From positions 135,739-199,738 of the forward strand of contig CACKNK010000002.1 of the NCBI GenBank assembly GCA_902601475.1: DNA of 64,000 nucleotides. Reading direction: 5' to 3'. The notes below the pieces were generated by a model. That model did no database searches and was not told the DNA's origin. It saw nothing but the letters and a program-made list of their open reading frames with translations. Source of the DNA: an uncultured SAR86 cluster bacterium (GTDB lineage Bacteria; Pseudomonadota; Gammaproteobacteria; Magnimaribacterales; D2472). Each line of letters opens with the position of its first letter. The first letter of the stretch is position 1. Of the stretch, positions 1 through 9,083 are shown piece after piece. The position numbers and the translations under genes are program-made.

Positions 1-2
1 TT

Positions 3-206
3 ATGAAGATTCATGAAAGCCCGATTAAGTTTATTTATTACAATCTTCTTAGAGGGCTTGCCATTGGATTGGGTTCAGTGGTTGGCGCCACATTGCTGGT
101 TTCAATCCTGGTAGCAATTCTTGCTCAGATTGAATTTATTCCAATTCTTGGCAATTATGCTCACGAAGTTATTGAGATTATTGAAAAGCTTGATAAGAAG
201 GGGTAA
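3..206 (+). CDS. Small hydrophobic membrane protein, possibly truncated at the window edge
   Basis: Open frame from the window start. Hydrophobic stretch LLRGLAIGLGSVVGATLLVSILVAILA. No family recognised with certainty. Confidence 0.4.
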   Translation: MKIHESPIKFIYYNLLRGLAIGLGSVVGATLLVSILVAILAQIEFIPILGNYAHEVIEIIEKLDKKG

Positions 207-221
207 GCCTCTATCTTGGCT

Positions 222-764
222 ATGAAAATTACTTTAAGGAAGTTTCATAAATACATCAGTTTGATAGTCTCGGTTCAGCTCTTGCTTTGGACAATCTCAG
301 GAATTTATTTCTCATTCAATAAAATAGAAAACGTACGTGGCGAGCAATATAGGATAGAGAAAAAAGTTATCAGCCCCAATCAAGAAGAACAAACTAAAAT
401 GCTCAGCACAGAAGAGGCAAAAAAAATAGTCTCCCTTAAAACTACCCTCACTCCAATTCAATCATTGTTGATCGATGAAGAAGTTCGTGGCTCTGAATTT
501 AGGGGACGCAATTTACCACTGTACAAAGTAATTTCTGAGAATGAAAAGGGCAAAAAAATAAACGTTTATGTAGACCCATTTTCAGGCGAAGTTAGTGCCA
601 TAAGATCTCTGCAGTGGCGTATCTGGGATTTCATGTGGGGCATCCACATAATGGACTGGGTTGAAAGAGATAATATAGATAATTTATGGTTAAAAGTTTT
701 TTCCTTCATTGCGCTTTTTACATCATTATCAGGCATACTTTTATTTTTTAATCGACGAACATGA
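222..764 (+). CDS. PepSY-domain / PepSY-associated TM helix protein
   Basis: N-terminal RKFHKYISLIVSVQLLLWTISGIYFS is typical of PepSY_TM. PepSY-like NVYVDPFSGEV. C-terminal TM helix. ATG at 222 preferred over the TTG at 216. Confidence 0.6.
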   Translation: MKITLRKFHKYISLIVSVQLLLWTISGIYFSFNKIENVRGEQYRIEKKVISPNQEEQTKMLSTEEAKKIVSLKTTLTPIQSLLIDEEVRGSEFRGRNLPLYKVISENEKGKKINVYVDPFSGEVSAIRSLQWRIWDFMWGIHIMDWVERDNIDNLWLKVFSFIALFTSLSGILLFFNRRT

Positions 765-773
765 GGCTAATTA

Positions 774-1892
774 ATGATTAGAAACAAATATTTACTTTTG
801 GCTACATTGGTTATGAGTGTTGGCATTTATTCGGTTTGCGAAATGTGTGAGCCATTGCTCAGCAAGTTATCTGAAGAAAAGAAAATGGCACACCAACACA
901 TGCATCATCATAAAATGATGAGCGCTTCTGATCATGCACCCATTGGAATAATGGGGGACATGCATCACAGTAAATTTATGCTCTCTTTGAGGCAAGAATA
1001 TATGCATATGAATGGCAACCTGCTTGATGGAAAAGATATTAGAGAACAGGCAATCATAAATTTACCAAACACCGTTTCAAACATGCCAGCAAATCTGTCT
1101 GTGGTGCCTAAAGAAATGAACATGCAAATGACCATGTTGGGGGGAATGTACTCCCCATCCGATAATATAACTTTAATGGCCATGGCCATGTACATGTCTA
1201 AAAGCATGGACTTAAAAACATTCAAGCCAATGATGAACAGGGACTTCATTGGAAAGTTTAAAACCTCATCAAGTGACTTATCTGACTTATCTTTAAGCCT
1301 GCTTTATAGATTTAACCAAAGCATGAGTTCAAGGTGGCATCTAGAAACAGGCCTGCAGCAGTCAATTGGAGAAAATACCTCAAAGGACATAGTGCTAACC
1401 CCAATGAACCAAAGAATGGGTATGATATTGCCTTATGGGATGCAGCCTGGTGATGATGCAACATCAGTGATATTGGGACTAACCAATGTCAGAACATTTA
1501 AAAACGGCATGGTTTGGGGTAACCAGATTAGAAACAAAACTGTTATTAATGACAAAGACTGGGCTTTTGGAGATAAGGCAGAATTTAACTCATGGTTACA
1601 AATGCCCCTAAGCAAATCTGTGTCAATATCATCGAGGTTAAACACAACACATCAAGATAAAATTTCAGGAAGAAACATCTTAATATCTGCGCCAGTACAA
1701 ACTGCAGATCCGAGAAATTATGGTGGTCTTAATATTTACCTTGCTGTTGGGGTTAACCTCCTTACTTCAATATTTTCGAGCGATAATCATAGGTTCGGTT
1801 TAGAAGTCATCTTTCCAATTGATCAGGACAAAGATAACCTACAGATGAAAACAGATTACAAAGTCATTTTTGGTTATCAAAAAAGCTTATAA
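774..1892 (+). CDS. Met/His-rich putative outer-membrane (beta-barrel-like) protein
   Basis: Signal-like N-terminus. Met/His cluster HQHMHHHKMMSASDH...MGDMHH. Alternating beta-type segments and an aromatic-rich C-terminal end KVIFGYQKSL. CopB/PcoB-like flavour only. Confidence 0.45.
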   Translation: MIRNKYLLLATLVMSVGIYSVCEMCEPLLSKLSEEKKMAHQHMHHHKMMSASDHAPIGIMGDMHHSKFMLSLRQEYMHMNGNLLDGKDIREQAIINLPNTVSNMPANLSVVPKEMNMQMTMLGGMYSPSDNITLMAMAMYMSKSMDLKTFKPMMNRDFIGKFKTSSSDLSDLSLSLLYRFNQSMSSRWHLETGLQQSIGENTSKDIVLTPMNQRMGMILPYGMQPGDDATSVILGLTNVRTFKNGMVWGNQIRNKTVINDKDWAFGDKAEFNSWLQMPLSKSVSISSRLNTTHQDKISGRNILISAPVQTADPRNYGGLNIYLAVGVNLLTSIFSSDNHRFGLEVIFPIDQDKDNLQMKTDYKVIFGYQKSL

Positions 1893-1901
1893 ACCTTTTC
1901 A

Positions 1902-2741
1902 ATGCTAGATTCAATTGATCATGTAATTATTGCAGTTGAAGACCTAGATGAGGCATCAAAAAATTATGAAATGATTCTTGGTAACCCTCCTGTCTGGAAA
2001 GGCGAGCATAAAGAATTTGGCACCAAAAACACCCTTTTTAATTTCCAAAACACCTATCTTGAATTGCTTGCCGCTGGGGGCGAGGGGATTGGTGCTGACC
2101 TTATAAAGCATACGCTTGCAAATAGTGGTGAAGGACTAAACGGTATTGTCTTTGGAACCTCAGACATGAATCAGTTTAGAACCACCATGCAAAAAAATTC
2201 ATTCAACTTGGCTGATACATCTCCAGGCGAAGGCGTAAACTTCGAAACGGGAGAGAAGAGAACTTGGATAAATCAATTCTTAGTGCCAGAGCTATCAAGG
2301 GGATTATTCTCATTCATCATTGAGCATACCGCAGGCAAACTGGCTATGGTTAATAAATATTCAGATTCATCAGTTCACCGATTAGATCATGTTGTTATAA
2401 GTACCAGCGATGCGGAAGGCTTTATTAGAACTTACAGAGATATATTCAATATCAGGCTTGCATTAGATAAATTTGTAGAACACTGGCAAAAGCGAATGTT
2501 GTTTTTTAGACTGAATAAAACCACAATCGAAGTGATCGAAGACAAGAATCAAAATGATGTAATCGACAAGCTTTGGGGTTTAGCTTGGAATGTAAGTGAC
2601 CTTGCCTCATGCAGAGAAAGATTGATGAAATTGGGAGTCGATGCAACAGAAATCAAAAAAGGCGTTAAAGAAGGTACTTTGGTTATGACAATTAAAAGTC
2701 ATACACACAGTGTGCCAACACTATTCATAGAGCATACTTAA
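1902..2741 (+). CDS. VOC (glyoxalase/bleomycin-resistance/dioxygenase) family protein, two-domain
   Basis: IDHVIIAVEDLDEASKNYEMILG and a second LDHVVISTSDAEGFIRTY repeat, typical of paired VOC modules. Confidence 0.6.
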   Translation: MLDSIDHVIIAVEDLDEASKNYEMILGNPPVWKGEHKEFGTKNTLFNFQNTYLELLAAGGEGIGADLIKHTLANSGEGLNGIVFGTSDMNQFRTTMQKNSFNLADTSPGEGVNFETGEKRTWINQFLVPELSRGLFSFIIEHTAGKLAMVNKYSDSSVHRLDHVVISTSDAEGFIRTYRDIFNIRLALDKFVEHWQKRMLFFRLNKTTIEVIEDKNQNDVIDKLWGLAWNVSDLASCRERLMKLGVDATEIKKGVKEGTLVMTIKSHTHSVPTLFIEHT

Positions 2742-2802
2742 ATCATTCTATTCTTGATGGTTTTCATAACTGTTTCTATAAACTTTTGATATATTTAGAT
2801 CT

Positions 2803-3309
2803 GTGAAAAAAATAATATTCTCATCGTTTGCAGCTCTTTCTTTTTTTTCATTCCTAAATGCAGATGCAATAGCTAACGATTGCACTCAAATCTCAAATGA
2901 TAAAAAGCGCTTGGCATGCTATGACAGTATTTTTATGGAGGAGCCAAAAGAAGGTGAGGTTGAAAGAATCATCCAAATTGATAAACCACAACCAAAGATT
3001 TCGCAAAAGGATTCGTCTCCTCGAGTGAAAGTAAGAGAAGAATTTGGGCTACCAAAAAAACTCATAGAGGATTCAAAAAAAATAAGTCTTAAAGCAAGAA
3101 TAGTTTCTGTGAAGCAACTCTCCAATAAAAAAGTTAGCGTTCAGCTCAACAATGGACAGACATGGAGGACTGTCGAAGCGCTCAATCGTGGACAGCTCTC
3201 AAAACTTAAAGGTTCAAATAATATTGAAATTAATGAGGCATTAATTAGTGGTTTTGTTTTAAAGGTTGAAGGTAAAAAACTATCAATAAGAGTTAGAAGA
3301 ATAAAATAA
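2803..3309 (+). CDS. Secreted hypothetical protein
   Basis: GTG start. Signal peptide MKKIIFSSFAALSFFSFLNADA. Lys-rich mature part. No recognised domain. Confidence 0.45.
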   Translation: MKKIIFSSFAALSFFSFLNADAIANDCTQISNDKKRLACYDSIFMEEPKEGEVERIIQIDKPQPKISQKDSSPRVKVREEFGLPKKLIEDSKKISLKARIVSVKQLSNKKVSVQLNNGQTWRTVEALNRGQLSKLKGSNNIEINEALISGFVLKVEGKKLSIRVRRIK

Positions 3310-3323
3310 AAAAGGAGTATCAA

Positions 3324-3758
3324 ATGGAAAAAGGAAAAAATCCGTTTCTGCTTATTGCAAGAATAGGATTAAAAGAAGACGTAGCTAAAGGCGGCTTTCT
3401 AGTTGAGGAATATCTTGGAATAGCCCAAGAGGTTGATGAGGCAGTTTATGAGTCTGAGCCTGGTATGTTATTTCATAACTTTGACATGCATCCGGATGGA
3501 GCCAATTCCGGCAAATTTGTTTGGAGCGAAGTCTATCTTAACAGCGAAGCATTGATTGCCCATATTAATAATCCACCTGTTCAAGCCTATGTTGAAAAAC
3601 ACGCCGAGCTGGCAGAAACATTTGAAATCGAGGTTTATGGAAACTTATCAGATGATGCAATTGACGCAGTGGAAGGATTGGGAGTGCCTTTTAAGCACTT
3701 TAGAACTACGGCTGTAGGTTTTATAAGAGAAGATTTTTGGGAATCAGGGATAAGTTAA
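3324..3758 (+). CDS. Hypothetical protein (possibly ABM/dimeric alpha-beta barrel-like)
   Basis: ORF with an AAGGAG-like RBS upstream (aaaaggagtatcaaATG). Family assignment is tentative. Confidence 0.4.
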   Translation: MEKGKNPFLLIARIGLKEDVAKGGFLVEEYLGIAQEVDEAVYESEPGMLFHNFDMHPDGANSGKFVWSEVYLNSEALIAHINNPPVQAYVEKHAELAETFEIEVYGNLSDDAIDAVEGLGVPFKHFRTTAVGFIREDFWESGIS

Positions 3759-5669
3759 GCCAAACCCAAATTTAAAAGTTGGATTCAGAGTATCGTCTGG
3801 AACATCTTCAAGCTGTTCATTCACCTCTTTCATTGAGGAGGGAATTTCAAAAGGTAATTTCCCAGTAGGTTTAGATTCACCAAATAAAGTTTCAAAAATT
3901 ACACTTTCATCAACACCAAAAGTTCCAACTAAAGCAGAGCTCATCTGATTGATGGAATCCAAAATGGCTGGCCTGTTGAGATCAACTATAACGATGAGGG
4001 GCTTGATCGAAGAAAATTCCTCAAGCTTCTCCAAAATTTCTGGAGAAAAGTTAAGGTCTTGGTTAGGAAAAATAGAGCTTAGAACATTATCTATCAGCCT
4101 ATCAATGCCAGATGGCTGATTGCCATTAAAAACTGTATGCACATAAGAAACTACTACGTCAGCATCTTTAATATCATTGACCACATTGCCATGGACAATG
4201 CTTTTATCATTAAACCCATCCACAAAAATATTAATGTTTTTATCAAGCGGTAAAGTTGAGTTATTTTTAAGTAGAACCATGGACTGTTTTTGAGCCTCTC
4301 TTCCGAGCTTAATATTGCGCTCAGTATTTACCCGACTTTTTACTTGATCAACCTCCACATAGGGGTTATCAAATAACCCAAGATCAAATTTATTTTTTAA
4401 GATCCTTTTAACAGAGGCATCTATTCTGGATAACGGCATTAGACCTTTTTTTACAAGCTCTATAACAACTTCTGTATCTTTTTCTCCGCCAAATTGGTCT
4501 ATCCCGGCATCGATAGCTTTAATATAGCGCTCTTCAATTGATAGATCTCCAACTCCCCAGTGTCGACCATTAATGATTCCCCAATCTGAACAAATTACAC
4601 CCTTAAAGCCAAGCTCATCTCTGAGCAGGATGGTTAAAAGGTCTTTATTAAAACCAATAGCAACATTTTCAGAAGTTTGATTTACCGTGATTCCATAGTA
4701 AGGCATGATGACGGCAAGATTATTATTGATAGCATCAATAAAGGGCTTAACGTGGTAATCAAACATATTTCCAGGATAGATCTGATTTCTGCCAGAAAAT
4801 AAATGAGGATCTAAGCCATTTTCTTGAGGTCCGCCCCCAGGAAAATGTTTCACCATGGTCATTACGCTTTGAGAGTTAATGGTCTCACCTTGAAACCCAT
4901 CCATGTAAGCCATGACTAGCTTTGAACTCAAAACATTATCCGACCCAAAGGTACCAAAGTTTCTTGCCCATCTTGGCTCAGTTGCAAGATCAGCCATTGG
5001 ATGCAGCGCAGTTCTGATTCCAACAGCGAGATACTCTTCTCGTGCTATTTCTGCAAATTGCTTCACAAGGCTAGGGTTTTGAGAGGCAGCGAGACCAAGC
5101 TGCGAAGGCCATTTAGAGAACCCATCCAGTGAAAAAGACGCTACACCTCCTCCGTTTGGCACTTCATGAATAGGGTCTGAGCTTATGGTAACTGGAATCC
5201 CCAATCTTGATCTTGAGGCAATCTTTTGGAGGCTGTTTAATCTTTTTGCAAGTCTCTCAGGTTTTGGATTGCCATATAAATTGAAGTGATTAATGTGCTG
5301 ATTAATAATTTCACTTTCAGTAAGCTTTCCGCCATCCACAAATAATGAATAAAGCCTAAACATCCAGTCAGGATTGATCGTCACCGGTGGATGAAACAAT
5401 GTTCCTACTTTCTCTTCAAGGGTCATTTGCGATATTAGATCTTCAACTCTTTGGGCAGTATCAAGCCTATAATCTTCGAATTGATCAAGCTTATTGTTTT
5501 TATTTAGATCCCTAAAAGACATGCCGTCTATATCAAGTGTTTTTACTTCTGGCTTCAATTTCGCTAAATAAATAATCCTCTCAATTGGAGAAAAAATAAA
5601 ATTAACAATTAAGACACTAATTAAAAAAAGTAATACTAAGAAAATTCTGCTAAAAACAGATGATCCCAT
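3744..5669 (-). CDS. Glycoside hydrolase family 3 (beta-glucosidase-like), N-terminally membrane-anchored
   Basis: KHFPGGGPQENGLDPH and the nucleophile motif GVICSDWG. N-terminal TM FLVLLFLISVLIVNFIF. Its 3' end overlaps the convergent upstream ORF by 15 nt. Confidence 0.85.
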   Translation of the reverse strand: MGSSVFSRIFLVLLFLISVLIVNFIFSPIERIIYLAKLKPEVKTLDIDGMSFRDLNKNNKLDQFEDYRLDTAQRVEDLISQMTLEEKVGTLFHPPVTINPDWMFRLYSLFVDGGKLTESEIINQHINHFNLYGNPKPERLAKRLNSLQKIASRSRLGIPVTISSDPIHEVPNGGGVASFSLDGFSKWPSQLGLAASQNPSLVKQFAEIAREEYLAVGIRTALHPMADLATEPRWARNFGTFGSDNVLSSKLVMAYMDGFQGETINSQSVMTMVKHFPGGGPQENGLDPHLFSGRNQIYPGNMFDYHVKPFIDAINNNLAVIMPYYGITVNQTSENVAIGFNKDLLTILLRDELGFKGVICSDWGIINGRHWGVGDLSIEERYIKAIDAGIDQFGGEKDTEVVIELVKKGLMPLSRIDASVKRILKNKFDLGLFDNPYVEVDQVKSRVNTERNIKLGREAQKQSMVLLKNNSTLPLDKNINIFVDGFNDKSIVHGNVVNDIKDADVVVSYVHTVFNGNQPSGIDRLIDNVLSSIFPNQDLNFSPEILEKLEEFSSIKPLIVIVDLNRPAILDSINQMSSALVGTFGVDESVIFETLFGESKPTGKLPFEIPSSMKEVNEQLEDVPDDTLNPTFKFGFGLTYP

Positions 5670-5673
5670 GATC

Positions 5674-6882
5674 TTAATTAATCGATGGTTTTAAGGTTGG
5701 CAATGCAATAAAGTTTAAGGCTACATAAATAAATAAGCCTAGGGCCAGCTGGTAGGTAAGAGGGTCGCTTAACGCATAGACACCAAGTACTACTAGCGCT
5801 ATCAATCGGAGTGATTCAGATTTGTATGCCTTTTTACCATCCAACCAAGCGGCAGTGCAATACATTGTGAATGCCATCATCCCAATGATTATGCATAATT
5901 CGGAGTATTCGAATATACCTGACTCAAGAACTATAAGCCCAACAAAACTCAGCACGACAAATTGAGCAAAAGCATAGAACTTAATTTTTTTCGATGATTG
6001 CGGATCATATTTTTTAAATAAATTTGGATCAAAATCGTCTTTGAATGAATCATTCTCCAATGAGCTTGGGCGCCAGCCGGTTCGGGCAAAGGGAACATAG
6101 AGCTTGTCTTTTAATGATTTTGAGCCCCAAATATCTTTAAGCATCTGAACATAAATATGTAAATTAGCCCAAACTGGGTTAAAGGTTTTAATAGGCCCCC
6201 TTATTCCATATATACACGGAATTTTTGTGTCTTCTTCTTTAAAGGTTCCGAACATTCTGTCCCAAATGATAAAAACACCGCCATAGTTTTTATCTATATA
6301 TTCGTCATTTTGGGCGTGATGAACGCGATGGTTTGAGGGCGTTACAAAAATCCATTCATAGAATCCAAGTTTTGGAATGTGTTCACTATGAACCCAAAAT
6401 TGATAAATTAGATTTAATGAGGCAACACTGACAAATACATAGGAGGGCACACCTATCAAGAAAACTGGTATGTAAAAAACCCACGTCAGTAAAGCGCCTG
6501 TTCCGGTTTGCCTCAGAGCAGTGCTCAGGTTGTAATCTTCGCTTTGATGATGAGCTACATGTGAAGCCCAAAAAATTTGGCGCTCATGGCTTATACGGTG
6601 AAACCAGTAATAAAAAAAATCATAGAACACAAAAGCAAAAACCCAAGTAAAGACTGAGCTTGCATCCATCCGCCAAAGCGTAAGGTTTGTTTCAATCAAG
6701 TAAAATACATAACCACCCAGACCAATAAAAACCAGTTTATTGGCTGTTCGAAGGGACCCCATGAATAAGCTTGAGATCGCATCATTTAGCCTGTAGGTAT
6801 TATTCTTTTTTAAAAAACCATAGGTAAGTTCTACCAAAATGGCTAATAAAAAAAACGGAACTGCATATGGCACATAATCCAT
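5674..6882 (-). CDS. Fatty acid hydroxylase / sterol desaturase superfamily membrane protein
   Basis: Histidine boxes HRISHERQIFWASHVAHHQSEDYN and HRVHHAQN. Multiple TM helices, plus a C-terminal hydrophobic extension. Confidence 0.8.
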   Translation of the reverse strand: MDYVPYAVPFFLLAILVELTYGFLKKNNTYRLNDAISSLFMGSLRTANKLVFIGLGGYVFYLIETNLTLWRMDASSVFTWVFAFVFYDFFYYWFHRISHERQIFWASHVAHHQSEDYNLSTALRQTGTGALLTWVFYIPVFLIGVPSYVFVSVASLNLIYQFWVHSEHIPKLGFYEWIFVTPSNHRVHHAQNDEYIDKNYGGVFIIWDRMFGTFKEEDTKIPCIYGIRGPIKTFNPVWANLHIYVQMLKDIWGSKSLKDKLYVPFARTGWRPSSLENDSFKDDFDPNLFKKYDPQSSKKIKFYAFAQFVVLSFVGLIVLESGIFEYSELCIIIGMMAFTMYCTAAWLDGKKAYKSESLRLIALVVLGVYALSDPLTYQLALGLFIYVALNFIALPTLKPSIN

Positions 6883-6941
6883 GATCGAAATTATACTAAT
6901 TATTGTTTACTTTTATGAGAATCCTGATATTTAAATCAAAA

Positions 6942-7373
6942 ATGGTAATGCTCGCTTTGAGCGGCATATTATTAATGGCATGCTCATTTGATAGAGACGA
7001 GGATGTGAATAAACAAGTTTACAAAATACTAACTACCAGCGAATGGGCAGAAGCGAAATCTTTAGGTGAGATCGAGACAGCTCTGGACCGCAGGGATGGT
7101 TTCATACATTTATCAACCGCACAACAATTAGCGGGAACGCTAGCTTTCTACTTTAAAGATTTTGATTCCTTGATTCTCCTACAAATCAACACACAGGATT
7201 TTAAGGATGAGATTGTTTTTGAGAAAGCAGTTCCGGCTGGAGACAGATTTGGCAAATTTCCTCACTTGTATGGCTCTCTAAAAGTTGAAAAAATCAAAAA
7301 TAAGTGGGAAATTAAAAGGGATGCATTTAGTTTGCCTGATGAGATAATTCTTGAGGCAGAAAATAATATATAA
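6942..7373 (+). CDS. DUF952 family protein with lipoprotein-type signal
   Basis: KILTTSEWAEA...DGFIHLSTAQQLAGTL...FPHLYGSL matches the DUF952 pattern. MVMLALSGILLMACS is lipobox-like, so the ATG at 6942 is preferred. Confidence 0.55.
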   Translation: MVMLALSGILLMACSFDRDEDVNKQVYKILTTSEWAEAKSLGEIETALDRRDGFIHLSTAQQLAGTLAFYFKDFDSLILLQINTQDFKDEIVFEKAVPAGDRFGKFPHLYGSLKVEKIKNKWEIKRDAFSLPDEIILEAENNI

Positions 7374-7385
7374 GTGAGAAAAAAA

Positions 7386-8072
7386 ATGACAGCAAAAATA
7401 GAATTTCAAAATGACATTTCAATCATCACGCTTGATGATGGTAAGGCCAATGTCTTTTCACAAGACATGCTCGAGAGTCTCTATGAGTGTTTGAGTAAAG
7501 CACACAAAGATAAAGGATGCTTGGTTATCACTGGTAGAAAAGGAATGTTTTCTGCTGGATTTGACTTAAAAACATTTGCATCGGGTGACAAAGAAAAGAT
7601 AGCCAAAATGGTGACGCTAGGAAATCAACTTCTCTATGATATTTATACATTTCCAAGACCTGTTATTGTCGCAGCATCAGGTCATTCCATAGCTCTAGGA
7701 GTATTTATACTTTGTTGTGCAGACTACAGAATTGGAGTCTCAGGAGAATATATTTGTCAGGCAAATGAGGTACGCAACAATATGGATATACCCACTCAAA
7801 TGATGGAGATTCTAAAGGATAGAGTTTCTAAAAAGCATTTTTATAATGCAGTATTGCATGGCTTACCTTTTTCAACAGTTGATGCAGTGGAAGTCGGGTA
7901 CCTTGATGAGGTTGTTAGCGAAGAATCTCTTATGAAAGCAGCTTTAGAAAAAGCCGAGGATCTAGCAACTTTGGGCCATCCCTTTTATGAAAATACCAAG
8001 CGTTACGCAAAGGATGACACAGCCAAAGTTGTTTTAGACGCCATGAATAAATTCAAGCAAAAAGTTTTATAA
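7386..8072 (+). CDS. Enoyl-CoA hydratase/isomerase (crotonase) family protein
   Basis: GKANVF...ITGRKGMFSAGFDLK oxyanion-hole region. ATG at 7386 preferred over the GTG at 7374. Confidence 0.75.
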   Translation: MTAKIEFQNDISIITLDDGKANVFSQDMLESLYECLSKAHKDKGCLVITGRKGMFSAGFDLKTFASGDKEKIAKMVTLGNQLLYDIYTFPRPVIVAASGHSIALGVFILCCADYRIGVSGEYICQANEVRNNMDIPTQMMEILKDRVSKKHFYNAVLHGLPFSTVDAVEVGYLDEVVSEESLMKAALEKAEDLATLGHPFYENTKRYAKDDTAKVVLDAMNKFKQKVL

Positions 8073-8083
8073 GCTTCTCAAGC

Positions 8084-8596
8084 ATGGATACTGAAATCCG
8101 CAGACTTTCAAAGAAAGAATCATCTCTATATTTAGATTCCATTTATAAGCTTAACCAAGAGAATACTCCTGAAGTTGGCAGTCTAGAAAATATAGATCAC
8201 TTAAAAAGCTTAATTTCAATGTCCGGTATCGTCATAATTGCTTCAGTTGAAAAGAAAATAGTTGGCTTTATGATTTGCATGTCTGAGGATTCAGAATATG
8301 CATCTAAAAATTATTTATTTTTTTTAAAAAAATATTCATCTTTCACTTACATTGACCGGATAGCAGTTAATAATAAATTTAGAAACTCCGGGTTAGCTTC
8401 TAAAATATATAGATACTTACAAATGCAAGACTCCACCAGAAATAGAGTTTGTTGCGAGGTAAATATAAAACCCTTAAACCAACCTTCGTTAAATTTTCAT
8501 CAAAAACATGGATTTGTTTCAGTTGGTGAAAAAACTTTTGAAGATGGGCATGCAGTCAGATATTTATTAAATGAATTTTTCAAAACCAAGAATTAA
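8084..8596 (+). CDS. GNAT family N-acetyltransferase
   Basis: Acetyl-CoA binding motif IAVNNKFRNSGLASKIY (Q/RxxGxG/A type). Confidence 0.65.
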   Translation: MDTEIRRLSKKESSLYLDSIYKLNQENTPEVGSLENIDHLKSLISMSGIVIIASVEKKIVGFMICMSEDSEYASKNYLFFLKKYSSFTYIDRIAVNNKFRNSGLASKIYRYLQMQDSTRNRVCCEVNIKPLNQPSLNFHQKHGFVSVGEKTFEDGHAVRYLLNEFFKTKN

Positions 8597-9083
8597 GAAA
8601 CATTGTTGTTTGTGGCTAACATTTAAAAATGATGAAGTTTTGGAGCATGCCATAAAGCACTTTGCAATTCAGTATGAAACCCCATTATTTAAACCCCACA
8701 TTTCAATATCTAAAGAGCATGGTTTTTTAACAGAAAGGGAATTTAAATCTCTTGATGAGATAGCAAGATCATTTGAGCCTTTTGAAATTGAAACCGAAAC
8801 TCTCCTCACTGGACAAACATACTTTCAATCTCACTATTTTAGTATCAAGCAAAGTGAAAAGCTTGATCTAATAGTTTCAAAAATTAATTCTATCCTTGGC
8901 CTAACCTATGCAACTCTTTTCCCACATATATCATTGATCTATGGACAACTAAATATTGACCCTAAGAGTGAACTTAATCCTCTACTAAAAGAGAGTTTTA
9001 AATTAACTGTTGATGCAATTCAGGTTATGGAAATCGTGAACGAAATATCTCATTGGCGACCTTTAAAGACTATCCTCATTTAA
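8571..9083 (+). CDS. 2H phosphoesterase superfamily protein (LigT/CPDase-like)
   Basis: Two H-x-S/T-x motifs, KPHISISK and FPHISLIYG, at the expected spacing. Overlaps the GNAT gene by 26 nt. Confidence 0.55.
   Translation: MNFSKPRIKKHCCLWLTFKNDEVLEHAIKHFAIQYETPLFKPHISISKEHGFLTEREFKSLDEIARSFEPFEIETETLLTGQTYFQSHYFSIKQSEKLDLIVSKINSILGLTYATLFPHISLIYGQLNIDPKSELNPLLKESFKLTVDAIQVMEIVNEISHWRPLKTILI

Noticed and set aside
965-1249. Antisense or alternative-frame ORFs of 60-126 aa embedded in longer genes. Examples: 965-1249, 16838-17457, 19660-19984, 21468-21794, 22504-22806, 30302-31345, 51700-52080, 53064-53384, 61096-61679, 62500-63114.
   Set aside because: Each lies entirely within a longer ORF that has clear family motifs, on the opposite strand or in another frame. 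Their compositions are typical of shadow ORFs.
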